Origin: Bacillota bacterium
Lineage (GTDB): Bacteria > Bacillota > Limnochordia > Darwinibacteriales > Darwinibacteriaceae
Length of the DNA: 57,833 nucleotides
NCBI GenBank assembly: GCA_012520315.1
Contig: JAAYOM010000113.1
Coordinates: 1 to 57,833 of the forward strand
Reading direction: 5' to 3'
Of this stretch, positions 36,516 through 45,038 are shown in pieces; position 1 is the first letter of the stretch; every line of letters begins with the position of its first letter. Under the pieces are notes generated by a model. The model saw only the letters and a list, made by a program, of their open reading frames with translations. It ran no database searches and was not told the origin of the DNA. The position numbers were made by a program, and so were the translations under genes.

Positions 36516-37328
36516 ATGAGGCGAGCACACCGCATTGCGGCTATTACAAAAACTCTGGTGGAAAGGGCAAACCATGTTTTTGCGGTCAGTGAGTTTGTCG
36601 AACTCTTTGATGTGGCCCGCTCCACATTATCGGAAGATCTGGCGATCATCCGGTCTACTTTCAACGCCTTAAACATGGGTAAGGTGGAAACCATCGCGGG
36701 TGCGGTTGGGGGAGTGCGCTATGTACCCCACCTCACAAAGGACCAGATTCGTACCTCAATTGAAGAGATTTGCACCCGTTTGAGGGAACCCGATCGCATT
36801 TTACCAGGGGGCCTGCTTTATATCGATGATTTAATGTCCTCGCCAGCGTTGCTGAGCACGGTAGGCTCCGTTTTCGCCACTGCCTTTGGTGACCGGGATC
36901 CTGAGTATGTGGTTACGGTTGAAACAGCTGGAATTCCAGTGGCTCTACAGACGGCCCATGCCCTGGATGTGCCTCTTGTGGTGGTCCGCAGGCAGAGCCG
37001 GCCCACGGAAGGGCCTGTCCTGACCATGAACTTCTTATCCGGTTCGGCCCGGCAAGTGGAAACAATGTCCCTCTCCAGGCGGGCGCTGCCCGAGGGAGGC
37101 CGGGTGCTCTTGATTGACGACTTTATGAAAGCAGGGGGAACACTGAGGGGCCTTACGGATTTGATGGGTGAATTTGCCTGTACCGTGGTGGGCAAGGGCG
37201 TATTGATTGAAGCGGGCTTGCCCGAAGAAAAGCTGATCGATGATCACCTCCCCTTAGTTTACTTGCGTGAGGTTGACGTCAAGGCGCAGAAAGTCACAGT
37301 TGAGCCCGCCGGCTGGATTTTAGCCTAG
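36516..37328 (+). CDS. purR: Pur operon repressor
   Basis: ARSTLSEDL, GAVGGVRY, RILPGG, PRT motif VLLIDDFMKAGGT. Confidence 0.94.
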   Translation: MRRAHRIAAITKTLVERANHVFAVSEFVELFDVARSTLSEDLAIIRSTFNALNMGKVETIAGAVGGVRYVPHLTKDQIRTSIEEICTRLREPDRILPGGLLYIDDLMSSPALLSTVGSVFATAFGDRDPEYVVTVETAGIPVALQTAHALDVPLVVVRRQSRPTEGPVLTMNFLSGSARQVETMSLSRRALPEGGRVLLIDDFMKAGGTLRGLTDLMGEFACTVVGKGVLIEAGLPEEKLIDDHLPLVYLREVDVKAQKVTVEPAGWILA

Positions 37329-37348
37329 GCATAAATTGCATGATACAA

Positions 37349-37374
37349 GCTCCGCCGGAGTGGGCGGGGTTTTT
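37349..37374 (+). terminator. Intrinsic terminator after purR
   Basis: GCTCCGCC-GGAGTG-GGCGGGGT then TTTT. Confidence 0.7.
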
Positions 37375-37462
37375 CTACGCCAATGACAGACGATCTTAAA
37401 AAACTAGGGAGGAAGTAAACACGTCTTCTCGAAGTGCTTAATGTGGTGAAGGAGGAGAAATA

Positions 37463-38464
37463 ATGGTACAAGCAGCAGCAATTATTTTAGCTGCAGGTCA
37501 GGGCTCAAGAATGAAATCCAAAAAGGCAAAGGTCCTCCATCGGGTTGCAGGCCTCGAGATGGTGAATCACGCGGTGCGCAGCGTAAGACTGGCCGGGATC
37601 GATCAGATTATTGTCGTCATCGGCTATCAGGGCGACAGGGTCCAGGCAGTGCTGGAAGGAGTAACATTGGCTGAGCAGAAGGAGCAGCTCGGCACAGGCC
37701 ATGCTGTTGATCAGTGCCGCCAGCTCCTGGAGGATTTTACCGGGCCGGTTCTGGTTACCTATGGCGATACACCCCTCTTTCGCGGCGAGACTTTTCAGGC
37801 GCTGCTGGAATTTCACAGCCAAAGTCAGGCTGCTGCCACCATTGTAACAGCAATCTTTGACGATCCTGCCGGTTATGGGCGGGTTGTCCGCAACGAAGCA
37901 GGCCATGTGCTGGGTGTTGTGGAGCACAAGGACGCGGATGAGCAGCAGCGGCAGATCAAAGAGATTAATACCGGCACCTATTGTTTCGACAGCAAACTGC
38001 TGTTTCACTATTTAACCCGGATAACACCGGAAAATGCACAGGCTGAGTACTATTTGCCCGACGTATTACCCTTGCTGCTTGAGGGCGGTCACAGGATTGA
38101 GGGTTTTGTATTAGAGGATGCCGCTGAAAGCATGGGTATTAATGATCGTATTCAGCTTGCGGAAGCTGAGGCAATTTTGCGCGACCGTATTTGCGCCTAT
38201 TGGCAAAGACAGGGCGTGACCATTATGGATCCGAAGTCCACCTGGATTGAATGGGATTGTGAAATTGGTCAGGATACGATTATTTACCCCGGGAACTTTA
38301 TTCAGAAAGGGACTAAGATTGGTCAGGACTGCGTAATAGGTCCCAATTGCCATTTAAGCGAAGCCCAGATTGCTGATGGGGTTTTATTGGAAAACACAAT
38401 TGTTTCTGGTAGGGTGGTGGGTAGGGAAGCGAAAATCGCACCTTTTTCGTTGATGACCAAGTAA
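37463..38464 (+). CDS. glmU: GlmU, C-terminally truncated (333 aa): uridyltransferase domain plus the start of the left-handed beta-helix
   Basis: ILAAGQGSRMKS, QLGTGHA, YGDTP, GYGRVVR, EINTG, NAQAEYYL, GINDR; ends at APFSLMTK. Confidence 0.92.
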   Translation: MVQAAAIILAAGQGSRMKSKKAKVLHRVAGLEMVNHAVRSVRLAGIDQIIVVIGYQGDRVQAVLEGVTLAEQKEQLGTGHAVDQCRQLLEDFTGPVLVTYGDTPLFRGETFQALLEFHSQSQAAATIVTAIFDDPAGYGRVVRNEAGHVLGVVEHKDADEQQRQIKEINTGTYCFDSKLLFHYLTRITPENAQAEYYLPDVLPLLLEGGHRIEGFVLEDAAESMGINDRIQLAEAEAILRDRICAYWQRQGVTIMDPKSTWIEWDCEIGQDTIIYPGNFIQKGTKIGQDCVIGPNCHLSEAQIADGVLLENTIVSGRVVGREAKIAPFSLMTK

Positions 38465-38486
38465 AATGGAGGGGTACAGAGCCAAC

Positions 38487-39434
38487 ATGAGACAGGCTAG
38501 TAAGAAATTAAAGGTGTTTGCTGGGAATGCTAACAGGGAGTTGGCCGTCGATATCTGTAGATACCTAGGCTTAGAACTGGGATTATCTGAAATAACACGG
38601 TTTAAGGACGGCGAAATAAGGTGTAAGATCGGGGAGACGGTGCGCGGTTCAGAAGTCTTTATTGTACAGCCATTAAATAGTCCTTCGGCAGAACATATTA
38701 TGGAACTTTTGATCATGATTGATGCCATGAAAAGGGCTTCCGCCAAAGTTGTCTGTCCTGTGATACCCTACTTCGCTTATGCACGGCAGGACCGCAAATC
38801 GCAGCCCAGAGATCCAATTTCAGCCAAACTGCTCGCCAATATCCTAACTGCAGCAGGGGCTGATCGGGTAGTTACACTTGATTTACATGCTGGACAGATT
38901 CAGGGATTCTTTGATATTCCAGTGGATAATTTAAGGGGTATGCCCATTATTGCCGAGTATTTGCAGCAAAAAAGGCTGGAGGACATTATCGTAGTTTCCC
39001 CAGACGTGGGTGGTGTAGTCCGCTCCAGGGAACTTGCCGATCGGCTCCACTGCGGATTGGCCATTGTCGACAAACGGCGTCCGGCGCCGAATGTGGCCCA
39101 GGTTATGCATATCATTGGTGACGTTGAGGGCAAGACGGCGGTTCTGATTGACGATATGATCGACACTGGCGGAACCATCGTCAACGCCGCCAAGGCTCTG
39201 ATCGAGCACGGCGCTAAGGCCGTTTATGCCTGTGCTACCCATGCTGTGTTTTCTGATCCTGCATCTGAGATTCTGCAGGACAGTCCTCTGGGAGAGGTAG
39301 TTGTAACAGACAGCATTCATCTGCCGCCGGCAAAACAGATTCCCAAACTAACAACGCTTTCAGTGGCTCCGCTTTTGGCCGAAGCAATTCGGAGAATCTT
39401 TGAAGAAATACCCGTGAGCATGCTGTTTGACTAA
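38487..39434 (+). CDS. prs: Ribose-phosphate pyrophosphokinase
   Basis: RFKDGE, YARQDRK, DLHAGQIQGFF, VSPDVGG, DDMIDTGGT. Start is 38466 or 38487. Confidence 0.97.
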   Translation: MRQASKKLKVFAGNANRELAVDICRYLGLELGLSEITRFKDGEIRCKIGETVRGSEVFIVQPLNSPSAEHIMELLIMIDAMKRASAKVVCPVIPYFAYARQDRKSQPRDPISAKLLANILTAAGADRVVTLDLHAGQIQGFFDIPVDNLRGMPIIAEYLQQKRLEDIIVVSPDVGGVVRSRELADRLHCGLAIVDKRRPAPNVAQVMHIIGDVEGKTAVLIDDMIDTGGTIVNAAKALIEHGAKAVYACATHAVFSDPASEILQDSPLGEVVVTDSIHLPPAKQIPKLTTLSVAPLLAEAIRRIFEEIPVSMLFD

Positions 39435-39455
39435 AGCTAACAAGAATGGTATTAT
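39427..39455 (+). promoter_or_regulatory. sigmaA promoter of rplY
   Basis: TTGACT-N17-TATTAT with TG extension. Confidence 0.75.
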
Positions 39456-39483
39456 AAGTCGGATGGAAAGGAGGCAACGAACA

Positions 39484-40128
39484 GTGGCAAATTACCAGCT
39501 AAGCGTGGAAGAGAGAACCCAAACCGGTAAATCCTATGCCCGTAAACTTAGAACTGAGGGAAAAATCCCTGCAGTTATCTATGGTTCCGGCAAAGAACCC
39601 ACCATCGTTGAAGTGGTAGTTCGAGATGTAGAGAGGGCGTTGTCTGCCCAGGGCAGTCTAATTGACCTCGACCTTGCAGGGGGAAGAAGGACAGTTCTCG
39701 TCAAGGATATGCATCGTGATCCGGTGCGGGGTACATTGCAGCATGTGGACTTCCATGAAGTCGACCTAACCAAGAAGCTAGAAGCTACGGTACCCATTCG
39801 GGTGGTAGGTGAAGATCAGCGTCCAAGCGACGGTGGTGTAGTCCAAACTCTGCTTTGGGAAGTAACGGTCCTTTGCTTACCTACAGACATTCCAGAATAT
39901 ATTGCAGTTGACGTAAGCGAAGTTGAATTAGACCAAACTGTCACCGTTGCAGATCTCGATTTGCCTGAAGGTATCGAGGTTCTAGCAGATGAGGACGAAT
40001 CAGTTGTTAAGATCGGTGTTCCAGCTGAGGTTGATCTCGGCGACGAAGACGGCGACGCAACTCCAGAAGGTGAAGATGTCGCAGAAGGCGCAGATTCTGA
40101 AGGGGCTTCTGAGTCTGAAGAAGAATAG
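39484..40128 (+). CDS. rplY: 50S ribosomal protein L25/Ctc, long form with acidic tail
   Basis: GKIPAVIYG, HVDFHEV, CLPTDIPE. GTG 39484 follows AAGGAGG. Confidence 0.95.
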   Translation: MANYQLSVEERTQTGKSYARKLRTEGKIPAVIYGSGKEPTIVEVVVRDVERALSAQGSLIDLDLAGGRRTVLVKDMHRDPVRGTLQHVDFHEVDLTKKLEATVPIRVVGEDQRPSDGGVVQTLLWEVTVLCLPTDIPEYIAVDVSEVELDQTVTVADLDLPEGIEVLADEDESVVKIGVPAEVDLGDEDGDATPEGEDVAEGADSEGASESEEE

Positions 40129-40159
40129 TGCCTAACAATAGCTTGGGAAGAACATGAAC

Positions 40160-40193
40160 CGCACAGTGCGCCATAGGTCACTGTGCGTTTCTT
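40160..40193 (+). terminator. Probable terminator after rplY
   Basis: CGCACAGTG-N10-CACTGTGCG then TTTCTT. Confidence 0.7.
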
Positions 40194-40248
40194 CTGATCG
40201 GAGGTTTCACTGCGTGAAACTCCCTTTGCAGGAAGGAGTTCGGTTGTT

Positions 40249-40845
40249 GTGTCAGCTGAATTGAAAGTGATCGCAGGACTTGGCAATCCAGGCCTGCGTT
40301 ACGCCCATACCAGGCATAACCTGGGTTTTTGGGTTATAGACGGCCTTAGCCAGAGGCTGGGGATTCCCTTGACGAAGCATAAGTTCGGGGCCAAACTAGG
40401 CGAAGGCCGTGTGCGCGATCAGCGCGTCATCTTAATTAAGCCCCAGACCTTCATGAACCGCTCCGGGCAGGCTGTAGGCGATCTGATGGATTTCTACCAG
40501 CTGGATCTAAAAAGCCTTCTGGTTGTCTATGATGATCTGGACTTAGCCCCAGGTTACCTGAGAATTAAGGGTTCTGGCAGCGCAGGAGGACACAGGGGGA
40601 TGGCAGACATTATTGCCCGTTTGGGCAGTGACAGCTTTCCCCGTTTACGCGTGGGCATTGGTCAGCCCCCGCCATTTTTGCGCGCTGCCGATTATGTATT
40701 GCAGGGAATAGACGGGGCCGAAAGAAAAATACTAGAAGAAGCAGCCCAAAAAGCAGAAGAGGCAGCCGAGATGTGGCTGCATGAAGACCTGCTGACAGTA
40801 ATGAACCATTATAACCGCAGACAATTACAGACAGACGGGATCTGA
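40249..40845 (+). CDS. pth: Peptidyl-tRNA hydrolase
   Basis: GLGNPG, TRHNLGF, KPQTFMNRSG, VVYDDLDL, GGHRG. Confidence 0.96.
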   Translation: MSAELKVIAGLGNPGLRYAHTRHNLGFWVIDGLSQRLGIPLTKHKFGAKLGEGRVRDQRVILIKPQTFMNRSGQAVGDLMDFYQLDLKSLLVVYDDLDLAPGYLRIKGSGSAGGHRGMADIIARLGSDSFPRLRVGIGQPPPFLRAADYVLQGIDGAERKILEEAAQKAEEAAEMWLHEDLLTVMNHYNRRQLQTDGI

Positions 40846-40864
40846 CCGAAAGGGGGAATGCATA

Positions 40865-43800
40865 TTGTCTCTACAAAGTCTAACAGATTTGATGCGTCAG
40901 AGTAAAGAAGTTAGGCATGCAAGCACTCCTGGCCAGGTTGTCACAGGTCTTTCCGGCGGACAGCGCTCTGTCTTTTTAAGCTCAATTTATAGTCCTGACC
41001 AAGTGATGCTGGTGGTGACGGCCAGTACAGTGCAGGCGGAAAAACTTGCTTCGGACTTTTCTGGTCTGCTGCCGGAGGCTAGGATTCTAGTCTGGGAAGG
41101 CAATGAGCTGATGCCCCACGAGGAAGCCCCAACTGCCTGGGATCTCCGTGCCAGCAGGCTGGAAGTGCTGCAGGAAGGGGACAGACCGGGGACGATAATT
41201 CTGGCCCCAGTGACAGGTCTCTTGGAGGGCCTGGCCGCTCCCGAACGACTGCGGAATTCAGAAATTTCCATTAATATGGATTCGCGTTTCAATCTAGATG
41301 ACATGGCGGCTACATTGGTACATTTGGGCTTTGAGCGGGTTGCCCAGGTTGAGCAATATGGCCAGTTCAGCATACGGGGGGGAATTTTGGACATTGCCCC
41401 CTTTCACAACAGCCGCCCTGTGCGGATCGAGCTTTTCGGCGATGAGGTGGATTCCATCCGCATCTTTGATTTTGTCACCCAGAAGTCTCTGGAGAACATT
41501 CCAGAGGTTACTGTTAGGGCGGCCAGAGAAACACTTTATGATCCTGACAAGCTCGAGCAGATTAAGGAATCTATCTGGGCAGAGGTTCAGATCCAAAGTG
41601 AGCGGCTGTACAAACTGAACCTGGCTCAGGAGGCAGATGACCTTTTGGCTCAGGGAGCGCGCCATCTAGAAGCCTTTGATCAGCAGGGATATTTCCCCGG
41701 CATTGAACAGTATAAGGGGTTCTTTGGCGAGATCGCCACCCTTTTAGACTACCTTCCCACAGATACCCTCCTCGTTCTCGATGAACCTGTGCGCCTCAAG
41801 GAGGCTGCGGTAAATGCCTCTATGGAGATTGGTGAGAACTTTGGACAGCTGCTGAAAAGGGGACGGATTCTCAGCAGCCTAGGTGACCTTTTCCTGGATT
41901 GGAACACCCTGTTTGCTAAGTTCCAGGAGCATAATCCCATCTATTTATCGGTACTGGGCAAAAGGGTGGCCGGTATGGAGGCTTTGCCGAGCGCTGCGGT
42001 TAACCTGCGCATGCCAGAACACTTTGCCGGCAGTATTGAACGCATGCTGCGCAGGGTGAAGCATCTCCGGAAAGAGCATTACCGTATTCTGATCCTTGTG
42101 TCTGCTAAAGAACGGGGCATGCGCCTTTTGGAATTGCTGCACGATGACGACATTCCAGCTGTCTATGTCGATGAACTAAAAAACGAGCTCCAGATCGGCA
42201 GCTGTGTAATCACCACCGGCAGTCTGGAGACCGGATTTGAGTTTCCCAGCTTTAAACTGGCTGTGCTTACAGAACTTGAGCTCTACGGGCGCCAAAAAAG
42301 ACGAGCTAGACCTGCTAAGGTGGAGGAGGGTTTGCGCCTCACTCCTCAGGAGTTAAGGGTTGGCGATTATGTGGTCCACATCAATCACGGCATTGGCCAG
42401 TACATGGGCATTGAGGCCCTGCAGGTGGACAATCGCTCCAAGGACTATTTATATATTCGTTATGCAGGAGAAGATCGGCTCTATGTACCTACCGATCAGA
42501 TTCACCTCCTCCAGCGCTATATCGGCCTGGAAGAGGGCGCTCCGCGCCTGTCTAAACTGGGGGGCAACGAGTGGGCTCGGGTTAAAAAGCGGGCCAAAGA
42601 ATCAGTCCAGGAAATGGCAGAAGGGCTCCTTAAACTCTATGCGGAGAGGGAAGCTGTCGAAGGCTTTGCCTTCCCTGAGGATACTCCCTGGCAGCGGGAT
42701 CTGGAAAACTCCTTTCCCTATCAGGAGACGCCGGATCAAATTCAGGCCATTCATGCCGTGAAGCGGGATATGGAAAAACCCAGGCCAATGGATCGGCTCC
42801 TTTGCGGAGATGTGGGCTATGGCAAGACTGAAGTTGCCATTAGGGCTGCCTTTAAGGCAGTATCCAGCAGCAAGCAGGTGGCTGTCTTAGTACCCACCAC
42901 CATCTTGGCCCAGCAGCATCACCGCACCTTTGTAGAACGCTTTGAGAACTTCCCGATTAATATCGCGGTTGTCAGCCGCTTTCAGTCTCAGGCGGAGATT
43001 GCCAAGACTTTGCGAGGTTTAAAGCAGGGTTCCGTCGATGTAATCATCGGCACCCACCGCCTCCTCTCCAAGGATGTGACCTTTAAGGACTTAGGTCTGG
43101 TCATTGTCGATGAAGAGCAGCGCTTTGGGGTAGCCCAGAAGGAAAGGTTAAAGGAGCTGAGTACCAATGTCGATGTATTGACCTTGTCAGCTACGCCTAT
43201 CCCCCGCACCTTGCACATGGCCATGGTTGGGGTGAGGGATATGAGTGTGATCGAAACCCCTCCCGAAGACCGCTATCCGATCCGCACCTATGTGGTGGAA
43301 TATGATGAGCAGTTGATTCGCCAGGCGATTTTACGTGAGCTGGCCCGGCAGGGACAGGTTTACTTTGTCCACAACCGGGTCCAGTCCATTGACTATGTCT
43401 ACAGCGAACTCAGCGAACTGGTGCCCGAGGCAAGAATCGCGGTCGCCCACGGCCAAATGGACGAGTCTGTCTTGGAGCGGGTGATGCTCGATTTCTATAA
43501 TGGCGAGTTTGATGTTCTGCTTTGCACCACCATTATCGAAACCGGGATGGACATTGGCAATGTCAATACCTTAATTGTGGATAATGCCGACTACTTGGGC
43601 TTGGCACAGCTCTATCAACTGCGGGGGCGGGTGGGCCGCACCAACCGGGTCGCCTATGCCTATTTCACCCATCGCAAAGACAAAATCCTCACCGAAGAGG
43701 CAGAAAAGCGCCTGGCTGCCATCAGAGAGTTCACCGAACTGGGCTCAGGCATCCGCATTGCCATGCGTGATCTGGAAATCCGCGGTGCTGGAAACCTGTT

Positions 43801-44356
43801 AGGGCCGGAGCAGCATGGCTTTATCGCCTCGGTCGGTTTTGAACTTTACTGCAAGCTGCTGGAGGATGCCATCAAGGAGCTGAAAAGCGACGGCAAGCCG
43901 CAGGCAGCGCCTCCTGAACCGGTTTTGGATCTGCAGGTCGATGCCTATATTGCTGACAGTTATGTGGCAGAGCCGGCCCGCAAGGTGGAACTGTATCAGA
44001 AGATCATTGCCTTGGGCTCCCTGGAGGAGTGCGATGACTTGGAGGAGGAAATTCAGGATCGCTTTGGCGATTTGCCGGATGCAGTGCGCAATCTCCTGCA
44101 AATTGCCAGGATTAAGATTCTAGCCCGCTTGCTGGGTCTGGCCTCCATAGCTGTGCGCGGCACCAAGTTTCAGCTCAAGTTCTTGGCAGGCCTTGGCATT
44201 GATGCAAACAAATACGCCGCCCTGCACGGCAAGTACCGCGGTAAGATTACTTATCGCCATGGACGGGTCGGTCAGTTATTGGTAGAAAAGGATAAGGAAG
44301 ACGATAAAGCGTTAGCTTTTCTAGCTGAGGTATTGTCTGCTTGCCTAGGTGAATAA
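40865..44356 (+). CDS. mfd: Transcription-repair coupling factor
   Basis: GDYVVHINHGIG, CGDVGYGKTEVA, DEEQRFGV, SATPIPRTL, QLRGRVGR, DLEIRGAGN. Confidence 0.98.
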   Translation: MSLQSLTDLMRQSKEVRHASTPGQVVTGLSGGQRSVFLSSIYSPDQVMLVVTASTVQAEKLASDFSGLLPEARILVWEGNELMPHEEAPTAWDLRASRLEVLQEGDRPGTIILAPVTGLLEGLAAPERLRNSEISINMDSRFNLDDMAATLVHLGFERVAQVEQYGQFSIRGGILDIAPFHNSRPVRIELFGDEVDSIRIFDFVTQKSLENIPEVTVRAARETLYDPDKLEQIKESIWAEVQIQSERLYKLNLAQEADDLLAQGARHLEAFDQQGYFPGIEQYKGFFGEIATLLDYLPTDTLLVLDEPVRLKEAAVNASMEIGENFGQLLKRGRILSSLGDLFLDWNTLFAKFQEHNPIYLSVLGKRVAGMEALPSAAVNLRMPEHFAGSIERMLRRVKHLRKEHYRILILVSAKERGMRLLELLHDDDIPAVYVDELKNELQIGSCVITTGSLETGFEFPSFKLAVLTELELYGRQKRRARPAKVEEGLRLTPQELRVGDYVVHINHGIGQYMGIEALQVDNRSKDYLYIRYAGEDRLYVPTDQIHLLQRYIGLEEGAPRLSKLGGNEWARVKKRAKESVQEMAEGLLKLYAEREAVEGFAFPEDTPWQRDLENSFPYQETPDQIQAIHAVKRDMEKPRPMDRLLCGDVGYGKTEVAIRAAFKAVSSSKQVAVLVPTTILAQQHHRTFVERFENFPINIAVVSRFQSQAEIAKTLRGLKQGSVDVIIGTHRLLSKDVTFKDLGLVIVDEEQRFGVAQKERLKELSTNVDVLTLSATPIPRTLHMAMVGVRDMSVIETPPEDRYPIRTYVVEYDEQLIRQAILRELARQGQVYFVHNRVQSIDYVYSELSELVPEARIAVAHGQMDESVLERVMLDFYNGEFDVLLCTTIIETGMDIGNVNTLIVDNADYLGLAQLYQLRGRVGRTNRVAYAYFTHRKDKILTEEAEKRLAAIREFTELGSGIRIAMRDLEIRGAGNLLGPEQHGFIASVGFELYCKLLEDAIKELKSDGKPQAAPPEPVLDLQVDAYIADSYVAEPARKVELYQKIIALGSLEECDDLEEEIQDRFGDLPDAVRNLLQIARIKILARLLGLASIAVRGTKFQLKFLAGLGIDANKYAALHGKYRGKITYRHGRVGQLLVEKDKEDDKALAFLAEVLSACLGE

Positions 44357-44380
44357 AAGAGTTGGCGCGGGCTAATACTA
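44351..44380 (+). promoter_or_regulatory. sigmaG-type promoter of spoVT
   Basis: GAATA-N18-AATACTA; spoVT is sigmaG-dependent in B. subtilis. Confidence 0.7.
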
Positions 44381-44407
44381 AGTCCAAGCTAACTCTAGAA
44401 AAGGGGT

Positions 44408-44947
44408 GTGACATTGAAAGCAACTGGAATAGTTCGACGTATTGACGATCTGGGACGTGTAGTCATCCCCAAAGAAATTCGCCGCACGTTACGCATTCGC
44501 GAAGGTGATCCCCTTGAGATATTTGTTGACAGAGATGGGGAGGTCATTTTAAAAAAGTATTCGCCCATCGGAGAGTTGGGGGATTTTGCGCAGGAGTATT
44601 CGGATTCTCTCTATGAGACCACAGGTCATGTTGCGATAATAACAGATCGGGACGCAGTGGTAGCAATTTCGGGTGCACCAAAGAAACAATGGATAGATAA
44701 GGCAGTTGTAGCAGTTGTCGAAGAGTCTATGGAATCACGCCGCAGCATCACTCTTCGCAAAGGAGAACGGCCCGATGACGAAATGTGGGACTATGCGATG
44801 CAGGTAATAGCCCCGATTATTTCCGAAGGAGACCCAATTGGAACCGTCATCCTCGGAACACAGGAAAGCGGCCGCCAACTAGGTGATTTAGAACTGAAGC
44901 TTTGTGAAACCGCGGCAGGTTTTTTAGCCAAACAAATGGAACAGTAG
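44408..44947 (+). CDS. spoVT: Stage V sporulation protein T
   Basis: KATGIVRRIDDLGRVVIPKEIRRTLRIREGDPLEIF plus GAF-like C-terminus. Confidence 0.97.
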   Translation: MTLKATGIVRRIDDLGRVVIPKEIRRTLRIREGDPLEIFVDRDGEVILKKYSPIGELGDFAQEYSDSLYETTGHVAIITDRDAVVAISGAPKKQWIDKAVVAVVEESMESRRSITLRKGERPDDEMWDYAMQVIAPIISEGDPIGTVILGTQESGRQLGDLELKLCETAAGFLAKQMEQ

Positions 44948-45038
44948 CATCGATAAGAAAAAATAAAGCTGAAGGACTCCTCATAACCCACAGCTTCCCT
45001 GCGTAAGCATACTTAGGGAAGGGGAGAAGACGTGGAAT

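Noticed and set aside
38440-38490. Frameshift explaining the short glmU
   Set aside because: prs starts within about 20 nt of the stop, leaving no room for the missing ~120 codons in any frame.
39427-39483. ORF-track N-terminal extensions (rplY 39427, gcvT 7033, TPR 6094, LysM 31183, YueI 51927, nucleotidase 54147, hup 47770)
   Set aside because: They run through promoters, terminators or a tRNA; better starts with RBSs lie downstream. The rplY TTG is the -35 box.
40200-40223. parS-like palindrome GTTTCAC-TGC-GTGAAAC upstream of pth
   Set aside because: Half-sites are separated by 3 extra bases and the outer T/A pair is missing; more likely an RNA hairpin.
44981-45015. Sporulation-sigma promoter upstream of the flippase (CATACTTA)
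   Set aside because: Spacing to candidate -35 elements does not cleanly fit sigmaE, sigmaG or sigmaK.
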